Assembly: GCA_049724395.1 (NCBI GenBank) | Contig: JAUGWO010000069.1 | Span: 186,001 to 250,000 of the forward strand | Direction: 5' to 3' | Length of the DNA: 64,000 nucleotides | Origin: Spongospora subterranea f. sp. subterranea | Lineage: Eukaryota | Shown: positions 48,226 through 58,952 of the stretch, piece after piece | How the letters are laid out: every line of letters begins with the position of its first letter | Numbering within the stretch: the stretch's first letter is position 1 | Translations under genes and position numbers: made by a program | Notes under the pieces: model-generated | What the model was told of the DNA's origin: nothing | Seen by the model: only the letters and a program-made list of their open reading frames with translations | The model's database searches: none

Positions 48226-50550
48226 ATGCCCAAGAAGAAGGATTCGGGCGATAGTCCACGGGCGTCAATATCGCGTGAGAACGGGGCCGATGGTGATCGC
48301 GACCCGGTTCAAGGCCCGTCAGATCCGCCAGAGGATCGTCAACCGCCCGAGGTTAAGAACCCCCATCCGGCGCAGTTGACGACGACGCCAGCTCAGGATC
48401 GGCCAGCGCCAGACAACGCGCCGATCGTGGACCGAATCCAGGCGGACGATCCCGCCAGGAAAAACCTTCCCCGGACGCAGGCGACTATCGCCGAGATCCC
48501 AGCCGAACCGGCCGCTGTCAATTCTGATGGCGATGGGGTCAACGGAGGGATGACGAACGAGCGAGCAATCGGCGGCAAGGAACAGTCTGGCGATAGCCAG
48601 AGGATCGTGGATTCACCCGATAACCCCATGACGGATCGGGTGGCGCCAAGCAACTCCGTTCAGAGGTCGGGCGATCGAGACGACAGATCGGCAAAGGCGA
48701 CGACACAACAACAACAACCGTCAACGGAATCGATCGGGAGAACGTCCAGGCGCGGGTCGGTGGATCGAAAGGGACAGCTCAGTTTATCAGGCGATCCGCC
48801 TGCGAACTCACAACAATCAGCAGAAGCGATTGTGGAAACCGGACGACGTGCGTCTGTTGGAAAATCGGGAACAGGCGATGGATCGGCGAAGGAGGTGGCG
48901 GACGACGGCGATGCGGCTGAACAGAACCCGCAGCGACAGAAACAGGTCGGAAAACGGAATTCCAGTCGGAACAAGGCGAAAGGGCGTAAGTCTGAACAGG
49001 AGATGGCAGCGCCGGAAACGGGGACCGGGGATGAGCCGAGGGAACCGAAAGGGGAACCGCAGCAAAAACCCAAAAACCGCAGGAAAAGCCGTGGAAGTCG
49101 GTCCAGTCTTGGCGATAAACCGGCCGTGATTGAAGACCCGGAGACGGTCGAGATCAAGGAACGGATCAAACAGTTCGCGAACGATATCAGGGCGTCGGCG
49201 GCGGTCGGGAAGTCGCCACCCGAGGTCAACAATGACGACGACGACGACGACGACAAAGCGGCGCCCAACACGACCAGGAGATTGTCGGCCGATGCGGCTG
49301 CCTTTGTCCCGATGACGGCTGCGAATCCGACCACGACCAGCACACAAATTCCGGCTACGGCCGTGTTCGCTCCCGAGTTCGTTCCGACGAATCCGGCAGC
49401 GCCTGTCGTTCCTCGTGAGAATGTGGATCAGGTCGGGGCCGAGGCGACGCCGGCGATCGGGTCCGGTAATGTCGAGAGCGAATCGACGGATGTGGTTGGG
49501 GATCAGAAGGCCGACGGGGGCGATCGTCCCGGTATCAAGGAGCGGATCAAGCTGCTTCAGCAGCAGGGGATCGCCGTTCAAGGTGGGAATAGCGAGGACG
49601 GAGTGGGCCCAGGCAATGGCGCTACGGGCACGGACGCCGTTGGCAGCGGCAGCCATCGCCCGGAACAGGCGACGGGATTGGCGACCGATAGGATCAGGCA
49701 GCTCAATACGGCGTCGGGGAACCAGGTCGAACAGGGAATCGGGGAGAAATCGACCAATTCTGGGAAACTGGGAACCTATTTGTCCGTTGAGAGGGCGTCG
49801 TCCGGTCAAGAAATCGACGTCGATTCGATCGATCTGGAGGAGGTGCTGGAAGCGCCATGCGCGTCGATGCAGATCATCAAGAAACCGATCGAGGTGAACA
49901 AGCAGGGATCGGTCAAGAAAGGTATTGGACATCAGCACCTTTCGCCAGCGACGTCGCCTGAACCCGAATCGACCCCTGATACGGGCGGGTCAACGACCGC
50001 ATCGAAACCCGCCAAGACCGCACCGAAACCGCTCAACCAGAAGGACCGATCGGGCGCCGATGAACAGATCGAACGGGCGCTACGTGGGCGAACTGACCCA
50101 CGTCCTAAACAGCTGGGGGCGTTCACTAGTTCGGCCGCCGCCACCGACCATGCGCCAGTTCCCATCATGATCATGAATCCGGCGGAAAGACCGAAACTGA
50201 AGAAAACCTCAGGAACCTTCTCGGCGGCGAATTCAGTCACCGGTCCCGATCCGGAATTGAGCGCAACAAACGCAGTTCAGACGACGGAACCGGCACCGGT
50301 GGAGAATCCTAACGTTGTTCCACCGGCGATCGAGGCGAAATCGGTTCTAGTGGTGGAAACACCCGTTGTTCAACAAGCGATCGAGGCGAAACCGGCACCA
50401 GAGGAAGCGAAACCGGTCGAGAAGGCGCCAGATCCCAAGGCGGATGTCTCAGCGATAGTCAATCCGAGACCTGTCGTCGTGGATGATCCACAGCCGACGA
50501 ATGAGTCGAGTCCGAATCCCTCGTCGACCTCGTGTTGTATTATCGTATGA
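48226..50550 (+). CDS. Intrinsically disordered protein with PAM2-like motifs and C-terminal CaaX (SCCIIV), intronless
   Basis: 774-aa low-complexity ORF containing LSADAAAFVP and VFAPEFVP and ending CCIIV-stop. Confidence 0.78.
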   Translation: MPKKKDSGDSPRASISRENGADGDRDPVQGPSDPPEDRQPPEVKNPHPAQLTTTPAQDRPAPDNAPIVDRIQADDPARKNLPRTQATIAEIPAEPAAVNSDGDGVNGGMTNERAIGGKEQSGDSQRIVDSPDNPMTDRVAPSNSVQRSGDRDDRSAKATTQQQQPSTESIGRTSRRGSVDRKGQLSLSGDPPANSQQSAEAIVETGRRASVGKSGTGDGSAKEVADDGDAAEQNPQRQKQVGKRNSSRNKAKGRKSEQEMAAPETGTGDEPREPKGEPQQKPKNRRKSRGSRSSLGDKPAVIEDPETVEIKERIKQFANDIRASAAVGKSPPEVNNDDDDDDDKAAPNTTRRLSADAAAFVPMTAANPTTTSTQIPATAVFAPEFVPTNPAAPVVPRENVDQVGAEATPAIGSGNVESESTDVVGDQKADGGDRPGIKERIKLLQQQGIAVQGGNSEDGVGPGNGATGTDAVGSGSHRPEQATGLATDRIRQLNTASGNQVEQGIGEKSTNSGKLGTYLSVERASSGQEIDVDSIDLEEVLEAPCASMQIIKKPIEVNKQGSVKKGIGHQHLSPATSPEPESTPDTGGSTTASKPAKTAPKPLNQKDRSGADEQIERALRGRTDPRPKQLGAFTSSAAATDHAPVPIMIMNPAERPKLKKTSGTFSAANSVTGPDPELSATNAVQTTEPAPVENPNVVPPAIEAKSVLVVETPVVQQAIEAKPAPEEAKPVEKAPDPKADVSAIVNPRPVVVDDPQPTNESSPNPSSTSCCIIV

Positions 50551-50911
50551 CATATTCGTGGTCGGGGTTTATATATAAAGTGTATTCATTGTCGACATAT
50601 GATCTTGTGGGCAAATATATTATCATCATCATTCACGAACAAACATATTGATCGAGAATACATTGGTAAAAAACCCTGAACATTTGCTGGTAATCAACAG
50701 AGTTGGACTTCCCAGTGTGCGCAGCGATTTGATAAAAAATATGAAATCTACAGAATTTGACTGGAGTCACAACCTGTTCTATGTTCAATCCATCACTCGC
50801 CTGTTTGAATCCCGAAATGAATAACCGCTGTGAATTACGATCGATTTCAGCGACCAGCGGTCCACGGGGGGTCATTTATTGGTTGTCGTTTGTGCAAGGC
50901 ACCGGTCCTCG

Positions 50912-51556
50912 ATGGAGAGAGTCGGCCAGATGACGGCGGTGGTTACCGGGTTCGGCCCGTTCCCTGGAGCTCCTGTCCTTAATCCTTCGTGGGAAGCGGT
51001 CCAGCGCCTGCCGACGACATTATCGACCGACGCCGGATCGATGACGATCATCGCCAGGCAATTACAGGTCGATTATGAACGAACACGTGATGAGATCAGC
51101 CGCCTTCATTCAGAATATTCCCCCGATCTCACTCTGCATTGTGGCGTTGGAAAGGACTCCATATTCGGTAAAAGCACGTTGCTCGATCGATGTTTTAGTC
51201 ATGGTTAATCTGAATACCGACAGCGTTGGAACAAGTCGCCCATTATGGTGGATATGATCGTGTTGATAATGTTGGGAATATGGGTATTGGTGTCGGATCT
51301 GATCCAGAACAGGTTCTGTCCATTGATGGCACGCTCATCATCTCAGATTCTGGACTATTTGCACCAGTTCGATTGGCCAGCTCCTGTGATCATTTCAACA
51401 AACGCCGGGCGGTTTTTATGTGAATACGCCCTTTTGCAGTCGTTGATATTATCACCGGATACCTCCGTCGCTCTGTTCTTGCATATTCCTAACAATGTCC
51501 CTCTTCAACACTCAATCGACCTCATCGTTGCGATTTTGAAATTCTTCCTTGAATGA
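50912..51556 (+). CDS. Pyroglutamyl-peptidase I (C15 family), multi-exon
   Basis: VVTGFGPFPG...NPSWEAVQRLP, LHCGVG, LEQVAH (Glu), STNAGRFLCEY (Cys) and LFLHIP (His). Confidence 0.88.
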
Positions 51557-51687
51557 TGCCTTTTATATGATAGAAAACCTAATCTATTTTTCACTACACC
51601 ACTTTTCCTTATTGAAAGTCATTGGGAGAAAATGGTCAGACGAAGGCACGCGACTGACCTTGTTAGTGAGCGAATTCAGATTAGAGT

Positions 51688-52311
51688 ATGGCCGATGGTG
51701 ATGAGGCCAAGGGCATGTCACCAAATTTCGACTCATATACGCCCATGGAATTTTTGCACTACACTATCGGGACGTTAGACGACGCGTTGGGGAATAAAGC
51801 CGATAAGAAGGTCCTATTTAGAGCAGATATACCCTGTCACGTCGCGAGATCCAAGTCAACAATCCATGGGAAATCGCTAAAGAACGAGTTCAATATGGAG
51901 CTGGAACAAAAGAAGACGAGTTTTGTGAACTGCTCTCAAAATCATTTCGCCTCCAAATCTACAAATGAAAACAGTCGGAACACCACGTTCAAAAAAGATC
52001 TGATCAGGATCCATAACCCAGCAGTGATGTTACTCGACAAAGACGAAAGTATCCAGAGAGAACTGAACAACGAGAAAAAAAATCGTAATAAGAAGCAGAT
52101 ATGGCTAGTGAACAATCACCGGATGGGCGTCACCCTCCAACAGGCAAAACAAGACGAACGAAACCAGATTCGAAGGAAAACTGCAGCGGCGAATCGACAA
52201 TGGCGTTTACGCCACTGGATGGCGCAAGTCGACTATCCAAGAACCCCGATTTACATTCCATGCGTTCGGATGCGATATATGACAATGAAAAATGGCGCGA
52301 AATATAAATAA
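51688..52311 (+). CDS. Hypothetical basic coiled-coil protein
   Basis: 207-aa ATG-initiated ORF convergent with MED10. No family recognised. Confidence 0.5.
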   Translation: MADGDEAKGMSPNFDSYTPMEFLHYTIGTLDDALGNKADKKVLFRADIPCHVARSKSTIHGKSLKNEFNMELEQKKTSFVNCSQNHFASKSTNENSRNTTFKKDLIRIHNPAVMLLDKDESIQRELNNEKKNRNKKQIWLVNNHRMGVTLQQAKQDERNQIRRKTAAANRQWRLRHWMAQVDYPRTPIYIPCVRMRYMTMKNGAKYK

Positions 52312-52325
52312 TCTAAAGAAATATA

Positions 52326-53132
52326 TTAGCCAAGAGGATCCCGTTCGTTCCATGCATTGATTTTGGCCTGGAATATATCCCTGAAAATCCTGGTAGAAAA
52401 TACACGACCTCGGGTGGCGTCGTTCTTCGACCGGCATACGTCGGCGAGTTCTTTGGTGACCGTATCGGGATTTCCTCCACTATCAACTTTACTAAAATAC
52501 CACAAGTCAGACGCAATTAAACAAGTTCGCGAACAATGAGCACTTACATCAGCACGCGAATAGGTACTTCCACGTCAATTTTGGAGGATATTTCGGATAC
52601 CTTATTTAGGTCGTCCATGAATTTCCTGACATTGGCGTGGAACACTTTTTCTTGAGAAGCATCTGAGAAATTTTCTACGACGACAGCACATTGCCATAAA
52701 TTATCGATAATTATTTCAAGCTGCCTCTCCAGTCCATCTAAGTCGTTTTTTGATTTAGCATTGGTGGCTTCAAGAAAAGCCCTATAGCCGTCATCATGTT
52801 CCAATTCTGGAACGGCCTCGACCTACAAGAATATGCATGAGCAGGAATCCATTGAAAAGAGTATTATCACTACGGGAACTGGTCGACCGAATAGATTGAC
52901 GTCATCAGCCATGGTGGTTCCCTCTTGGCCGCTGATATCCATGGGTACTGGCTCCGCCTCCTGGACCGGAATCTGTCCGGTGATCAGTTTCCTCCATATT
53001 ACCCGCGCTCTCGGCAATCATCGCCTCTGGCTCCTGTACGTCGGGCGCCGCCACGGCTGCCGCAGGCGATTGTCCCGCCGCCGACGAACTGGATCGGCGT
53101 CTCGACGATCGTCTGGGGGTAGTCGACACCAT
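52326..53132 (-). CDS. MED10: Mediator complex subunit 10 (three exons predicted)
   Basis: LERQLEIIIDNLWQCAVVVENFS...EVPIRVL spliced to KVDSGGNPDTVTKELADVCRSKNDATRGRV matches the Med10 VPLEV..ID.GRNP...KN...KGK pattern. Confidence 0.78.
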
Positions 53133-53189
53133 TATCGTTAATCAATTTACCGAAATAATCTACGGAATAAATATTCGTGACGGTCGAGT

Positions 53190-53372
53190 CATTCAGTTGA
53201 CCCAGTTATACTCCAGTTATCGTGAGTGACAATTCGTCAACTGCCACATTCGGTTACCCAGTTATCGTGAGTGACAATTCGTCAACTACCACATTCGGTT
53301 ACCCAGTTATTGCGAGTGACAATTCGTCAACTGCAACATTCAGTTGACCCAGTTATCGTATCGTGAGTGACA
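53190..53372. repeat. Minisatellite, ~45-bp unit x ~4, immediately upstream of MED10
   Basis: cattc(a/g)gtt(g)acccagttatcgtgagtgacaattcgtcaact(g/a)c(c/a)a is repeated. Confidence 0.9.
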
Positions 53373-53471
53373 CAAATGGATAATTGTTCATACAGATTGT
53401 ATTTCACAGTACATGGATGAGAGTTTGAGTAAATCTATTAGCTTTGATTTATTATCTATAAATACATGGTT

Positions 53472-55401
53472 TTACTGAAGCTGCCGCCGTACGAGGTGCG
53501 CGTACATTCCGTTTCTTTCCAACAATGACGTGTGCGAACCTTGCTCGGATATGCGCCCTTGATCGATGACGGCGACCAAGTCGGCATTCTTTACTGTCGA
53601 TAAACGATGAGCGATGACAATTACTGTACGACCTCGCATCAGTTTATCCAGCGCGTCCTGAACAACAAATTCACTTTCAGCATCGAGACTCGACGTGGCT
53701 TCATCGAGAAGAAGAATTTTGGGGTTCAATAAAACTGCTCGTGCGATGGCGATCCGTTGCTTTTGGCCTCCTGAAAGGTGCAATCCACGTTCACCGACGA
53801 ATGTTTCATAACCCCGCTCGAAACCCATAATAAACTCATGCGCATTCGCAGCCGACGCCGCGCGTATAATACTTTCCATCGACGCCTCTTCCATTCCAAA
53901 CGCGATGTTTTCGCGAATTGAACACGCAAAGAGCACAGGCTCTTGAGAAACAAGCCCGATCCGTCTATGCATCCAGGTTACGCTGAGGTTGCGAATGTCT
54001 TGACCATCTAGCGTGATGACACCAGAATTAGGATCGTAGAACCGTTCAATCATAGCGAAAATCGTTGACTTCCCACCTCCACTGGCGCCAACAAGCGCTG
54101 TCATCTTACCGGTTTCAAACGCAATGTTGATACCGTGCAGAACCGGCGTGTCAACGCGGGCTGGATATGTGAATACGACGTCTGACATATGCAGGTCACC
54201 AGCAAATTTGCTGGGTTCAAGCCCGCCTCGAATAGGAATGGTAGGTTGTCGGTCGATTAGCTCAAAGACTTTGGCATTTGCTCCCATAGCCTTGTAAATA
54301 TTGGAAATAAGGCCCGAAATACCGGCAACGGATTTACCAACGGTAACGGTAAGGAGAAGAAAACTCGTTAAAAGGCCCACTGTTAAAGAAGTCTGACCTA
54401 ACACCAACATTGACCCAGCCCAGAGAATGAAGACTGTCGATAATGGCGCCACCGTTGCCATGAACCCAACAAAATAGCCGAACAGCAGAGCCACACGAGC
54501 ACCCAGCTGATATGTCTCATTGATTCGCTCATTATAAAGAACTGTCTGGTGATCCTCACTTGAGAATGCCCTCACTGTTCTGATGTTCGAGAACGATTCA
54601 TCAGCGACTTCTGAAGCGCGTGCTAGTGCGTCTTGAGTTCTGCCGAGATAGATTTCGAACATATCGACCGTATAAGCGTCCAACAATGGCAACTGCTGGT
54701 ATAACGGATAACATCAAAATAGATAATTGCACCGATAGCTTGAACAAGTAAACTGCAAAAACATCGAATAATTTCAGAAAAAAGCAGTAGCTAACAACAA
54801 ACAACCGACTTAAGCCAAGGCTAACAGTAGAAACCATCTGAAGCGCTTTGCTGAGATTACTGGTTATAGCGTTATTCAAAACACTAGTGTCCGACGCCAG
54901 ACGGCTAACAAGTTCTCCCTAGAGATACGTTAGTACACGTTGCACACACCGGCAACGCTGGTTTCATACTGTGCGAGTTTGATCGAACATTGATATATCT
55001 TGCCGAATGCAGCTATAGAAGAGCTGTTTTCGAATTCGGGCAACGATTCTTTCCCCAGACAGAGAGAACAAAAACCCCCGAAGAAAGGCAAAAATTCCAC
55101 CAATCAGAACGACCAGTACCAACTCAAAAATCGTCTTATTAATGACGACTCTGGCTATGCTCCTGTCAAGCTCTCCTCGTGAAACTTTGACGAGCTCATC
55201 GACGACCCGGCCGATGAAGATCGGCACAGCCAGCGACGTGACGGTTGACACAACCAGGGCGACGCTGGCCAGCAGCAACAGCCATCGTTCTGGGTACGAC
55301 TGTCTAAGCAGGCGCCTGATGGTGAGCGGCTGGGGCGAGGTATCGTATGGCTGCGACTCTAGCAACGGCTCCTCCAGACTGATAGAGACGGACACAGCCA
55401 T
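53472..55401 (-). CDS. ABCB-family half transporter (ABCB10/MDL1/TAP-like), multi-exon
   Basis: TMD (GERIVARIRKQLF, SNIRTVRAF), Walker A GASGGGKST, signature LSGGQKQRIAIARA, Walker B ILLLDEATSSLD and IAHRLST. Confidence 0.95.
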
Positions 55402-55809
55402 GACGCAATAGGGAGGATCTCGCCTGCCTCGGGCCCCGGTCTCGTTGTGATAATACCCAGGACCGTGAGGTCAAGACAGTCACAGCCACAGACCGACACT
55501 ACTGCCCAACTGTACCGGCCGTTAATCCCATGCCAATTCCAGCCAATGACCGCAGAGTCTGCGGCCGTCAGACACGGAGCCGCCTTTTTTGCTGCAGTTT
55601 AACCCGCACACGACAGGAGGTGGAGATTGAATTGAGGGCCTGGTTTGTATTGATCTCGTCAGCGTTCTATCCGGAATTATGAAGAAATAACGGCGACTCG
55701 TCAAATTGAAATGGTGCATATCTGCAACCCGTTTAGTGATAGATATACAGGTAGATTCGAGTAATCAGGCGGAATACGCGAGTGAATAATTAGACCTCAT
55801 TCGATGGAG

Positions 55810-57113
55810 CTAGATTAGTGCTTGTTCAACGACCAACTTGACCAATGAAGCACTATAGCACTGGACCTGATATGCCCGCTCGGGAGCTGATACGATGCAA
55901 ACCACGATATTGGTATCGTCAACAATCACTTCCGCAAGGAGCGATTTGCGAGAATGGATACGCCAAACGGTCTTGAGATAGGAATCACAATGCAGCTGTG
56001 TCAGGTCCAATACCCTTCGATGGCGTTTGAACAAGGAAAACAGTGTACTTGAGATTTCTTGGCAAAGATAACCATGGTCCACGAATTTGAGAGTTTTTGA
56101 AAACGCCAATGATAATGGCTGAGAAAAGATAACCTTGGACTGATGATCTAAATTACGATAAAAGTATATCAATTGTGATAGTGCCGCAGCCGATATTTCT
56201 CCCGACAATGAAGTTCCATTGACGTCAAAATTTGAAAGAACCTCAATTCTGCAATGAAGGCCTTGCCAAACGATTCGATCGGGATGACGCTGGCATCTTG
56301 TCAAATTATTCGCAATGTTGCTCGATATAAAATCATAAGCAAATCGGTATATCCCCGATTCAAATCTGTTTCTGAGCTCGTCGAAAATGGATGGGCAGTC
56401 CGGGATATCAGCGAGGGAGATGTGCCCATCGGAAAGTTGAATCAAGGGGATCAGCTTCGGACGCGTGGAACTGACTGAAATATCGATAGCCAGAGATTTG
56501 TTAGGAAGGCGGGTAATCAGCCAGAATTTGCTCAACTTCCTCAGGTCGGCAGTGAAATTATCAGTGACGGTTGCCCCAGCTTTAATTCTTGTAGCGCCGC
56601 GCCTGAGGATCGATGCAGCTTCACGTAGATGTGAGCGTTTAGCTCTGATAACTAACAGATTCCTTGAACCATCTCCTTCCACTGCAGGAGCTGGCGCAGC
56701 TTGGGTGATCGTAAAACCGGCCCGATTGATAACTTTGTCGATGAGCACGCCCAAATTATCCATTTGAAATTTCGCCATGCTGAAGTAATCCAATGTCAAT
56801 ACGTTCAAACGTTGTATGATCTCTTACTTGATAAATTGTTCAGCCTGAATGATGGGGTTTGCATCTGACGCTGGGTCGTCTCTCTTCGCTGCATTGTCAT
56901 TGTTCATCGACTCCTCTACGAAAACATTATGAACGTCGACAAAAAACTGTTCCAGCTTCGATAAGGTTCTATCAAGCAGTTAGGAACAACATTCACACAC
57001 GATGCTAACCCGTACACTTCTTTAACTTCATTCTGCTCTGGCCCCGCAGATACAACCGGATTATTCACCAGGCTGTCAATTTGGACCTTTATCTGACTGC
57101 TGTCTAACGGCAT
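55810..57113 (-). CDS. MED17: Mediator complex subunit 17-like
   Basis: AKRSHLREAASILRRGATRIKAGATVTDNFTADLRKLSKFWLITR resembles the conserved Med17 helix. A short first exon starts at ATG 57113. Confidence 0.6.
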
Positions 57114-57689
57114 AGCCGAAATCTTTTTCCTCAAAATCGACTCTCCCCAGTTCTGAAATCCCAAATGAATCACCCACTAGCCATTAAAAAGCCCAATGAT
57201 TGGGCATTATCATTGAGATGACAGGCGGGAAAGGGAGTTAATGCGCCGCATATACTGTATATATGGGTGTACTCTAATTGACTGGGAAACCCCTTCTCGA
57301 TCCGTGGAACCGATAGGCGAATCAACCAGGTAGACAGTCCGACACCAGCTACCATCAGCTCCAAGATCAGGGCGTGCCCATTATGCAAATCCCCGGCATT
57401 GACCGGCCGGGGATGCAAGGGCCACAGTAGCGGGCATTGGATGCCGGTGGCCCTTGACGGCTTCGTTCGAAGAGAGCTAACTTTCACGGCAATTACAGCG
57501 AGATTAAGAATCATGTCCGGAAAACCCTGCAGTGCAAACGCATAGTGAATATATATTAAAAGCATCCTTGCACGCTTTAGGATTGAAGTTTCACAGGCAA
57601 GATTGAGTGTCTGGGGGCGTAGCTTCACTGTAGCTTCTTTGTGATCAGCCCAGCCCCGACCTGCCCGTTCGGCGAAAAGCTGCATTGTC

Positions 57690-58615
57690 ATGTGTACGCA
57701 CATTCGTATAGATACAGTTTGCTGTGTTGGCGGATACCTGGACTTGCCTGGGCGTTTGGCCACTGGCCGAATATTTCAACTACACAGTCACCTTCACTTT
57801 GCGATCATGATGGCCGAGGTCATGACCGATACTGGCCATGGCTTCAACAATGAGCTTGCTCAGGAAACTGGATGTGATCAGGATGTGGTCACTGCAGGAC
57901 CTAGCGATCAGACCGCCCCTGAATTGGAAATCGAGAATCACTATAACCCTGAACCTACGTGGCGGTTGAGCCTAGGAGAAGTTGCCCCTGGGTTCGGTAT
58001 GATGTGGGATGTGGAATTCAGATATCAGATCAAGATCAAGCCTGACGATTATGTTGAGATTATCGGCCTGGATGTGTTGACACCAGATGAGGCCAATGTC
58101 ATCAGAAAAGGGTCCTTCACTCTACCAAGCGGGGAGGTAGTTCTATTTGATTCCTGCCGCACAGGCTGCGACGATGATGAAACTCAGCATGTGTCGATAC
58201 CCAGGTTTGTTGATTCTTCTTATGTATATATATCCATCTCCAATTCAACGAATGCCCACGTAGATTACCGAATGGCGCACCAGGATTGGTCATTGCCAAG
58301 GGTGTTAGCTCCACAATTTCCGTTAGGAGTGTAGACGACTCTTGGCGTAGCCGCGCCATTGGAGGCTCGGGAATCACTCCTATTCAGGTTGCTTTTTCTC
58401 TGTTGTGAATTGAAAAGCCGTGTTTGACTGTTTCACACAAGGCTTGCAATTCAGAAGAAGCTCCAGTGCAATTTGAAGTCAAGTGTACGGTTCCGAAATA
58501 TGGTGATGCATTATGCCCGATTGCTGCGATCTACTACAAGAAAACAAAGCCTCCACCGTCTGCTACAGAAGAAGCTATTCTGGAAACACAATCAGAAGAC
58601 ACAAAAATTGAATGA
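57690..58615 (+). CDS. Hypothetical protein (exon structure uncertain)
   Basis: A 214-aa acidic ORF plus a downstream ORF after a possible intron. No family recognised. Confidence 0.4.
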
Positions 58616-58952
58616 TTCCTAACGCAACAGCTCACATGTCGAACTACTTTTTTAATAAAACTGCCAGATTCTATTCTGTATGACCACAACGGAAATATCC
58701 TCTAGACCTGAAAACACTGAATAACAGATGAACTCGTGACGAGCACTAACAGTTTCAATGGCGACCTGTCCAATACCTCTGAACTGTAACTAACGAATCA
58801 GACTTAATTCAAATAATGAGAGCGAATTCAAATACCGAAAAGAATGAGTACGCTAATTGTATTGATGCGTTTTTGTAACAATAGACGGCATATAATAAAA
58901 TATTCCCAGACACTAAAATATTGCAACAAAGGCGTTTTACTTAAGAACCCAT

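Noticed and set aside
48660..49938. Long antisense ORFs (227 and 373 aa) opposite the CaaX protein; similar ones opposite AGO and the 24-28 kb genes
   Set aside because: These are shadow ORFs expected from GC-rich or biased codon usage, with no recognisable motifs.
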